From positions 12,126,429-12,169,491 of the forward strand of contig NC_057753.1 of assembly GCF_004010195.1 (NCBI RefSeq): a DNA stretch of 43,063 bases, written 5' to 3'. Position numbers and translations under genes: made by a program. The notes under the pieces are model-generated. The model did not search any database, had not been told where the DNA came from, and saw only the letters and a program-made list of their open reading frames with translations. Positions 34,138 through 43,063 of the stretch are shown here, piece by piece; position 1 is the stretch's first letter; every line of letters starts with the position of its first letter. The stretch comes from Chiloscyllium plagiosum (lineage: Eukaryota).

Positions 34138-35300
34138 ATCCTTTCCAAACGTTTTCCCAAAAACAGACATAAGGCTCACTGGTCTATAATTACCTGTGCC
34201 ATGTCTACTGCCCTTGTTGAACAAGGATACAACATTTGCAACCCTCCAGTCCTCTGGCACTAAACCTGTAGACAATGACGACTCGAAAATCAAGACCAAA
34301 GGCACCACCATCTCCTCCAAGCTTCCCAGAGAATTATCGGAAAGATCCCATCAGGCCTTGGGGACTTATCTGCTTTCACACCTTCTGTAATTGATAACAC
34401 ATCCTCCTTACTAACGTCCATCCTTCCAAGACTAATAACCCGTATCTCAGACTTCTCCACCACAATATTCTCCTGTTCATGACTGAAACGAGATGTGAAA
34501 TATTTGTTTAGCACCTTCGTGATCTCCACATACAACATCCCACTTTCGTCTCTGACAGGCATTATTCCTTCCCATTATATCTCTGATGTTGAAGCATACA
34601 GATTTCAGACTACCTCCCCTGCTCTTTTCAGCAGGGTTACCTTGACTGCTCTTGCTGTTAGTCATTTTTGCCATGGTTACCCCATCTCTCTTACTTTGTC
34701 CATCTGCTGCTGTACTCCTCTGGCGCTCATTCCCCTATCACACAAGTTTAAATCCTCCTCAAGGCGTATCACCAAGTCCACCCACAAGGAATCAGTCCTG
34801 GACCTGCCCAGGTGCAAACAGTTCAGTTTGAACAGGTCCTACCTGCCACAGAATCGGTCCTAATGTCCTACGAATCTGATACACCCCCCTCACACCATCC
34901 TTTTAGCCAAGTGTTCATTGCATATATCCTGCTTTTCTATCATGACTGGGTCATTTCACTGGTAGCAATCCTGAGATAAGTACCTTCGAGGTACAGCATT
35001 TCCAGTTTTTTTTCCTAGTTCTCTGTACTCTGCTTTTGGCATCTCATCCTTGCTTTTTCCTATGTCGTGCGTACCAAGGTGTACTGCGATTACTGGCTAT
35101 TTGCCCTCCCCCTCCAGAATGCCCTGCAACTGCTCTGAGACATGGAGCATCCCAAAACCAGGCAGACAGCACACCATTCTGGAGTCTTGTTTTCAGCCAC
35201 AAAAGTGCCCATCTATTCCCTTACGATAGAATCCCACTGCAACTATAGTATCTCTATACCTCTTTCTCCCTCCCCCTGCAGCAGAGTCAACAAAATGCCA
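34138..35300 (-). mobile_element. Decayed CR1 LINE (ORF2 and ORF1 pieces)
   Basis: VPEDWRVANVVSLFNKG..NYRPVSL; DKSPRPDGIFP. Confidence 0.85.
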
Positions 35301-35468
35301 TGTATTTGGCTGCCCTTGAATCGCTTTCTCTCATCTCTGTTTTAAAGTATGCCTCCTTACTTTTCATCCATGAACCTTAGTTTTAGCTCCGCTCCCCCCA
35401 AAAGTAACCCACGTTAAATTCCCACCAGGAGCCCTCATAAAAATTCCTGATTAAACATGCGTCACTTG

Positions 35469-35500
35469 TGCAGTAGCGTCGATCCTCCAGCAGGTGGTGA
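35469..35500 (+). promoter_or_regulatory. Candidate CTCF site with upstream module
   Basis: TGCAG-N13-CCAGCAGGTGGTGA (one mismatch to the CCASYAGRKGGCR core). Confidence 0.45.
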
Positions 35501-35639
35501 CATTATGTCATTTGTTTTAAGCCGACGAGAGCAACAGGGAGATAATGCATCCAACCTGCACCCACATTTCTCCAACTAAGCGCAGAAATGAATACACAGA
35601 CAGAAACGCACGATGACAGATACACGTAGAAACACAAGC

Positions 35640-36125
35640 ATACACAGACGAACGCACACAGGCAGAAACACAGACAGAAACATAAAACACACACATACAA
35701 GCACACAGATATAATATGCAGAGGTGCGCGCACCCACTGACTGGCACACATATGCAGCTGAGCACGTACCTACGGGAGACTCGATCAGATTGGGATGTCT
35801 GTACTGCACAGTTGGGTTGGACTGAAGGCCCTGTTTCAGTGCTGTATGATTGTACGAGTTCGCATTTAGAAAGGCAAATTATACACAGATGAACGCACAC
35901 AGGCAGAAATACAGATAGAAACATAAAGACACACACATACAAACGCACAAATATAATATGCTCAGAGGTGCGCGCACCCACAGACTGGCACACATATTCA
36001 GCTGAGCACGTACCTAAGGGAGACTCGATCAGATTGGGATGTCTGTACTGCACAGTTGGGTTGGACTGAAGGCCCTGTTTCAGTGCTGTATGATTTTACG
36101 AGTTCGCATTTAGAAAGGCAAATTA
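35640..36125. repeat. ~242-bp tandem duplication
   Basis: 35640-35881 is nearly identical to 35881-36125. Confidence 0.9.
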
Positions 36126-36650
36126 AATATTGGCATTCATTTTGAGATCACCAGAATGCAAGAGCAAGGGAATGCATGATTGAGGCTGTATAAGGCTCTA
36201 GACGGACAGCATTTGGAATGTTGTGAGCATCTTTTAGCCCGATCTCTAAGGAAGGGTGTGCTGGCCCTGGACGGGGTTCAGAGGAAGTTTCCAAGTAGCA
36301 TGTCATATGAGAGGTGGTTGAAGTCTCTGGATTGTACTCGATAGAGTTTAGAAGGATGGGGAATCTGATTGAAACTTCCAGAATACCGACAAGACTGAAT
36401 AGCGTGACCCTTTTAGAACTGAAATGAGGAGGAATGTCTTCAGCCAGAGGGTGGAGAATCTGTGGAACTCATCGCTGCAGAAGTAGTGGAGACCAACTCA
36501 TCGAGTGTATTTTAGACAGAAATAGATAGCTTCTTGGTTAATAAGGGAATCGAGGGTTACAGTGAGAAGGCAGAATAATGGGTTTGCGTAACGTGATCAA
36601 ATGGCAGGACAGATTCGATGATGGGCCAAATGGCCTGATTCTGTTCCTCA
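36126..36650 (+). mobile_element. CR1 3' fragment
   Basis: RLYKAL..HLECCE; ttcagccagagggtggagaatctgtggaac. Confidence 0.8.
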
Positions 36651-36776
36651 TATCCTACACCCTTCCAGTTTCCACACTAGCCATGACTCAATTTCTGCTC
36701 CAAACTTCAGATTCCACGTCCTTACAGACACTAGTATAAAGAATCTATTACATTCTTTAGCAGAAGGAGATGAATG

Positions 36777-36779
<3 letters not shown>

Positions 36780-36807
<28 letters not shown>
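36780..36807. repeat. (TG)n microsatellite
   Basis: About 14 TG units. Confidence 0.95.
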
Positions 36808-36919
36808 AGTATGGGAGAGGCAGAGTGGAGTGATTTCTGACAGATCCTAACAGAGTGATTCACTGTAACGAGCTGTCAATGTCGCTCTTCCTGTTGTTCA
36901 TAACAGAAAGAAATAAACA

Positions 36920-39420
36920 TTTTTTATATTTCAAAATATTCTTCATTCATTCAAAATCTCTGTCTGTATGCATTATCACAAAAACAATTCAGTTCTATAC
37001 AGTTGCACATCAAGTAACAAACACGAAAAAAAATCTTTGAATCTATCAATAAAACACTTGTCTTACTCGTACAATACTAACGTTTACTCATTCTTAGGTC
37101 ATGAGTAGTCTCCAATAACAGAACAGACCCCCATTTACCTTCAGCAGAAAGAGCTCAGACAGTGGTCTTTCTCCAGTGCACCTCGGCGGCAGCTGCCTCA
37201 AGCTTCAGTGCATCCCTTACCATGTTAAGGATGTGTCAGTCTGCAATACTCAGTCGGGGGCAATTCCTTGTTCTGGAAGAACAACAAGTTTCCAGGCAGA
37301 ACAAAGAGCGTTGTTCACAGACCTGATGGTCCTCCGTGTGTGTCCCTGTGTCATGGAGCAGCTCGGGGCGAATCTTGGCACAAATCATTGCAACTTCCTC
37401 CAGACTTGCTTTGCAAAGGCACATTCCAAAAGGAGATGTATAACAGTAAATACCCTCCACAAAGGCAGCGTGCGGTGGTGCAGACTGACCGAGTGTGCAA
37501 TGTGGATCTGACAGTTAGTGTCCTTCTCACCACCAGACGACTTGTGGTGTTTTGGTGATTGTTAGAAAGTTCTGGTGATGAGGCATTTTGTCAAATTACT
37601 TGAAAGTCTGCTCAGGCAGCCACCCGACAGGATCCACCTTTCTGTCAGTGTCTCGAGGATGCTTTGTGCTGACCACTTCCTGATAGACTGGTGGTCAAAG
37701 GTGTTTCGATTTGCAAGTTTATTGATGGCAGGGTAGGTGACAACACGGGATCCTCCGACGATTTGGAGCATTCTATAGAAGCGAGGGCAGGCCCATCGAT
37801 CACAACATGTTGGCAGGTAAAACCTCGGTGCACAGTGACACTTGGTGTTTATGGAGCGAGCATCCACACACAGCTTGATGCAGCCACACACAAAGGTGGC
37901 TCTCAGGGTGAGGGCAACGCTGGCTAAGTTATATCCCTTCCTTATCCAGCGTTTTGTACATGTGATCCCTCCAGACCCGGACTGCTTTAGGCTTCCAGAT
38001 GAAGTGGAAAATAGCTCTGGTGACTGAAACAGCACAGGTTCGGGGAATGGGCCAGACCTGCACCATGTCCAACAACAGAGAGAATGCCTCACCCCTGATG
38101 ACCAGGTTTTTACCCACAACGGAGAGGGAGCGGTGCTGCCAAAAGCTCCATTTCTGCTTCCTTTTGGTGATGCGCTCCTCTCAACATTTTGCGCATGCTC
38201 TGAACAATATCCCGTGCACCTTCTGGTTATCTGTCCTGACGGTGAAGGGGATGAATGATCAGTCGGCCCAGTTCCCAAAGACCATGGCCTCCACTCTTGC
38301 CTTGATTTACCTTGGCTCCCGAGGAGAATTGAAGCAAAACGTCATCCAAGGGAGGCTTTGAGCTGCTGGACTCCGCTGCATGGAATAGTCACCCCTCTCA
38401 TGCTAACATTCTTCCTGACGGACACAGCAAAGACTCTACACGACACACAAACAAGTCAGGAGAGCGGGGATAGCCCAGCCTGACACCCGACTTGGATCAG
38501 GAAACTTTCTAATTCGCACCCATCGATTGAGACTGTGCTAATGATGTTGGCGTAGAGCAGTCAGATCGAGCTGTAGGTTCCTTCCCCAAAACTGTTTTTG
38601 GAGAGCATATCTCGCACGTAGGTGTGTGATATCCATCCCATCGTAGGCCTTCTCCTGGTCCGGGCTGATGAGGCAGATATCCACCCCCATATCTTGCATT
38701 TAAGCGATTGCATCCCTGAGGAGCATGAGGGACTTCTAAGTTGTCATGCTCGGTACAGCACAGGGTTGGTCGGGGTGGATCACGTTGACCCAATTGGCGA
38801 TGACGTCAACAGAATCAACAGATACCAATTTCCAATGCGCTCCCGCTCCCCCTCCTCTGGTAGATCAATGTGATACTGCCTTTCATCATGGATTTGCACA
38901 TGGTAGCTACCAGAAACAAAATGGCACAGACCGCCAGCATGTCCTGGCCAAGCTCGGTTGTACTGTGACTGTCAGGTAGCCTTGTTTCCCTTCAATCACA
39001 AAGCCTGAGTGTGGGCGGAATATATACCCACTGGCGTCCACGTTGAGGGTCACTTTTACCTGCAGATGGCTGGGTCCAAATCCCAAAGGGGTCCATTCCG
39101 TCTGTGCTGCCACCTTGAAGCTGCAGGTGCATTTCCCAGGAAGATCAGGCCATCTGCTTCTGGGACGTGAGGGCTTGTGCAAATGGATTGTCACATTCTG
39201 GCCCTTCTGTGCAAGGAGAGTGAACAATAATGCTGCGGACAGGAAGCAGAGTGGAGCCTCACCTATCTTTGGCCCCAGAATAACATCAGGAGTTCTCCAC
39301 ATTGCTTCACGCTCCTGAAGGTCATGTTGATGCAGCCACCACTGGGGGAGTTCTGCTAGACAGAACATACCTGTTGTTTGGAAGCCACAGCAATGCAGGA
39401 GGACTCTCTTCATGAAGAAG
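36920..39420 (-). mobile_element. Decayed L1/Tx1-clade LINE ORF2 3' half
   Basis: LISPDQEKAYD, a GVRQGCPLS-like relic, VTRAIFHFIWK..YKTLDKEG, C-terminal Cys-rich motif, A-rich tail at ~36920. Confidence 0.8.
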
Positions 39421-39489
39421 ACTCCGTGTAATCAGCGATCCATCCTCCACCCTCTTCGCAGTCACACTGACTGAACTGTGGACCCCTGA

Positions 39490-39980
39490 GCAGAGGTCAT
39501 ATCTGTGGTTTGGTTTGATTCAGAAGGCAGCAGAAAGAACCCTCAATTAATGCCTCATCGCCAGAACTTTCCAACGAGCACCAAGACATGGCTTGGCTGG
39601 TGGTGAGACGGGCTCTGCCGGTGAGATCCTTTATGCACGCCCGGACTCTCAGCAGCACCGCACGCTGCCCTCGAAGCGGCTGCAGGGGTGGGGGGGCGGG
39701 ACGAGACTGTCACACACCTCCTTCTGGAATGTGCCTATGCAGAGGAATTCTGGAGGGGAATGCAGTGGTGTTTGTCGAGGTTCGGCCCACGCAGTCATTT
39801 GGGCTCTGCTGATGCCTCAGCTAAATATATGGACATATGCTTGATACACGTACAGACCTGTATATACAAATGATAAATTCTGATCTCCTCATATAACTGT
39901 TTACGTATCTATGGCATGACCAACTGTACAGACCACCAAAATTATTTTATGCATAAAGTATATTTTTGAAATAAAAAAAT
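39490..39980 (+). mobile_element. Second L1/Tx1-clade 3' end
   Basis: AWLVVRRALPVRSFMH..CPRSGC..ETVTHLLLECAYAEEFW; tttttgaaataaaaaaa tail. Confidence 0.85.
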
Positions 39981-39983
39981 ATA

Positions 39984-40265
39984 ATGATTAGCTCCATCTT
40001 CCTGGTTCTGCTGACAATCCAACGATGAGAAGGCGTCTCACATCGGATCAGTTTGAACAACCACACAGTTTCAAAGTACACATCGACAATTTCAATGCAT
40101 TTCTGTCATTGCACTGAGAGTAATCGCTGTGTGGAAGAAAGCATTGGTTGCAATGCAGGAGGAAGGCATTCTGACATCGTTGGACGGTGCGAATAAATGA
40201 GAAATGCACAGTCTCACCTGTTCACAGCGTTTTCCCGGGAAGGACGACAGACCTGTTCTCATTGA
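39984..40265 (+). pseudogene. Possible decayed, truncated TCR V segment (leader plus FR1-FR2)
   Basis: Leader-like MISSIFLVLLTIQ, then KALVAMQEEGILTSLD[G]ANK*EMHSLT[C]SQRFPGK with G/C at the Cys/Trp spacing of the neighbouring V. Confidence 0.3.
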
Positions 40266-40297
40266 GCACAATCCTGTGAAGTGTAATGAGTGAACGT

Positions 40298-40331
40298 CGC
40301 AATTACATGTACTGGCCACTAGAGGGCAGTG
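40298..40331 (+). promoter_or_regulatory. CTCF site upstream of the V segment
   Basis: CGCAA-N10-TGGCCACTAGAGGGCAGTG; exact CCASYAGRKGGCR core. Confidence 0.7.
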
Positions 40332-40492
40332 CGAATCTGTGATCAATATTAAAAATGAGGGCTGGAGGAGGAGTGACCTTCCAGACATTGTGAGCGACTG
40401 TCAATGTGAGAAGCTTATGACAGAAACATAAACCAAGGCTCAGCTTCTTCTGCAACTTTAACCGGAAGGCAGTTCAGAGTTAGACGTAAAGC

Positions 40493-40932
40493 ATGCATTA
40501 TTCCAGTTGTGTACTCTTATAAAAATAACATTTGTATCTGATTCCTCACCAGAGCTCCGTGGAAAATTGCGTTCACCACTGTCCTTGCAACTTGATAATG
40601 TTCCAAATTTGCAAAATCTTCCTGATGTTTTCCACTCTGATGGCCACGGAGGTGACTGGAAAAGGCGAAGTGAAGTAACTCTCCCCGTTGGATAGTTGTT
40701 AGAGAAATGGGAATTGTGTCCATGAATTGCTCTTTCGCCAGTACAGCAACCAACGTGCGTTGGTATAGACAGCTCCCGAATCAGCCACCCCAGCTTCTGG
40801 TGATGGCTAAAAGCGACAATGATCAGCCTAAGAGGATCACCGCTTCAATCAGTGGAGATTACAAAACCAGTACCCTGACTGTCAAAGACACCAGACTTAA
40901 TGACACCGCCACCTACCTCTGTGCAATGAAGG
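40493..40932 (+). pseudogene. T-cell receptor V alpha/delta-like gene segment, probably a pseudogene
   Basis: SPRWIVVREMGIVSMNC-SFASTATNVR-WYRQLPNQPPQLLV..STLTVKDTRLNDTATYLCAMK; leader-like LFQLCTLIKITFVS is out of frame with the ATG at 40493; apparent frameshift at EVT[Q]SP (~40679). Confidence 0.85.
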
Positions 40933-40971
40933 CACAGTGTCGCAAACAGGTGGACGGCGTGTACGAAAACC
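40933..40971 (+). other. V(D)J recombination signal sequence with 23-bp spacer
   Basis: CACAGTG (40933-40939), 23 nt, ACGAAAACC (40963-40971; consensus ACAAAAACC), directly after YLCAMK. Confidence 0.95.
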
Positions 40972-42049
40972 TGCATGGAGTGGGAGTTCCAATACGTTGA
41001 TTTTGCAGTATCTGTGTTACTAATTCTGTGCCCCAAAAGCCGAGATATGAGAAATGAGAACAAAATTCACCAGAAAGCATGGAACAGCTTAAGTTAAAGC
41101 TGGTCAGCGGTGAAGACAATTACACATGCAGATGGTGATGAAGGAAGTGTATACTTGCACATCAGAAAAATGATAGAGAAAAAAGGAAAGTATAGAGATA
41201 GTTCAACAATGCTTGCAGTGGGCAGTATGTTGGGAACCTGTTGAAGAAGAACTGGAAGTAAGCGAAAAATAACAAGCATGATGTGCAGAGTTTAAAGGTC
41301 AGCTTATACACAATAAAAGGAAACATGAAGAAAATATGATAGATTTTCTTTGAAAATAATGTTACCATCACTGACTGCTCCACTGTCAACGTCCTGGGGG
41401 AATTTAATGACAAATAACTTAACAGGACTCACCACATAAACACAATGGGTACAAGAGCAGGTGAGAGGTTCGGATTACTGTGGAGAGTAACGTACTTCCT
41501 GACTCCCCAAAGAATACCCACCATTTACAAGGCGCAAGTTAGGAGTGTGATGGAATTCTCTCTAACTGCCTGAATGAGTGCACCCCCAACAATACTCAAG
41601 AATCTTGACACTATCCAAGACAAAGCAGCCTGTTAGATTATCACAGCATCCATAGGCATCCACCCCTTCCACTCCCGACTCTGAGTGTGCACTACCTGTA
41701 AGTGTCAGTGCAGAGGTTGACCAACGATCATTAGACAGTACCTTCCAAACCCACGAACACGTAGAGGGCCAGGAGATATGTAGGAACACCACCACATTCA
41801 AAGTCCCGTCGAAGCCACTCACCATTTAACTTGGAAATATATCAGCGTTCCTTCACTGTCGTTTGGTGAAAATCCTGGAAATCCCTCCCAAATGGCATTA
41901 TGTGTCCACACACAGCACATGGACTGCAGCGGTTCAAGAAGGCAGCTCGCTACAAAATCCTCAACACGGACAAGGAATGGGCAATAAATACTGGCAAGCC
42001 AGCGACAACCTCATCTCACGAATAAAAAAAAATGTTTTAGCACTCTAAT

Positions 42050-42295
42050 CATAGAATGCCTACAGTATGGCAGCAGATTATTGGAACCGTCGAGTCTCTG
42101 AAGAAAAACACACCCAAACTATCCCTGCATCGCCTCTGGCTAATTCAGCTACACGTTTGGACTGTCGGAGGATTCCAGAACACCCGCAGGAAACTGACAT
42201 AGACAGAGGGAAAATGTGCAGAGTGTCACCTGACGCTGAACTCGAACCTGGGTCTTTGGTGCCGTTTGGCAGCAGTCCGAACAACTGAGACACAA
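42050..42295 (-). mobile_element. Old HE1-type SINE
   Basis: Diverged head (ccaggttcgagtt) and V-domain on minus. Confidence 0.6.
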
Positions 42296-42689
42296 TGACA
42301 AAATCTGTGGGATTCTTCCTGGAGATTCAGGACTTGGTATTGCGCCAACTCACAAATTGCTCATTTCCTGGTGTTGCAAAATTACAAGAGATCTCATCAG
42401 AGTATGCATTAGTCACACTGACTGGAGCAGGTGATAACCTGGTCTTCTTGTGGACTCTTTGAATCATCATCAGCACTTACCTTCCCATTTATGTTTGTGT
42501 CATCTGTAAACGTAGCAGGATTTGCATCTCACGTTGGCGTATATCTCTGCTCTTACACCATTCCCATTCAGATGATGGAGACTTTACCAATTTGCTTTTT
42601 TCCTTTTAAAACATTTGGCAATCCTGTATGTGAGTGGCTAGTAACGCTGCCATCTACCTCTAATTAGGTAAAAACTTCTTCTGCTGCCC

Positions 42690-43063
42690 CCACCTCCGAG
42701 GTTACTTTCACAATCAGGACTCCGGCCCACCTCCAACACACTGCATCCACCTGGACACCCCACGCTGGCCTATTACCTGCCCTCGACCTCTTCATTTCCA
42801 ACTGCCGCTGGGGCATTAACAGCCTCAATCTGTCTACCCCACTCCCCCACTCCAACCTCTCACCCTTACAACACGCAGCCCTCCAATCCCTCTGCTCCAA
42901 TCCCAACCTCACCATCAAGCCAGCAGATTAAGGGGGTGCAGTGGTAGTCTGGCGCACTGACCTCTACACCAATGAAGCCAAACGCCAACTCGAGGACACC
43001 TCTTCCTACCGCCCCTTTGACCATGACCCCACCCCCCAACACCAAACCATCATCTCCCAGACC
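42690..43063 (+). mobile_element. Penelope-like RT fragment, same family as 29220-31382, running off the window
   Basis: SNPNLTIKPAD*GGAVVVWRTDLYTNEAKRQLEDTSSY..DHDPT. Confidence 0.85.

Noticed and set aside
33567-34320. ORFs spanning the N run
   Set aside because: Artefacts of the 500-N gap
40707-41000. 97-aa ORF as a standalone Ig-domain gene
   Set aside because: The C-terminal part is read-through of the RSS; this is a germline V segment

Overview
Eukaryotic, repeat-rich genomic DNA, most likely from a shark (HE1-type V-SINEs, CR1/HER1 LINEs, Penelope-like elements and shark-style 'EKPWxCGDCGK' zinc-finger genes; inferred from repeat content, no database search). Left of a 500-N scaffold gap (33638-34137) is a cluster of tandem C2H2 zinc-finger genes with no visible KRAB/SCAN/BTB domain. 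It holds two intact, divergently oriented genes (ZNF-A, 12 fingers, - strand, 11026-12069; ZNF-B, 8 fingers, + strand, 24140-24901), each with a CpG-island promoter sharing an NRF1/YY1 module, plus two finger relics and a third orphan promoter. Right of the gap is a T-cell-receptor alpha/delta-like V segment with a near-consensus 23-bp-spacer RSS and an upstream CTCF site (probably a pseudogene), a possible second decayed V, and two back-to-back L1/Tx1-type fragments. The most notable hidden structure is about a dozen minimal type-I hammerhead ribozyme motifs (CUGANGA...GAAA with palindromic stem III) on several families of Penelope-derived tails, some as 120-320 bp insertions with clean target-site duplications. 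Most short ORFs in the supplied track are repeat-derived or shadow ORFs.
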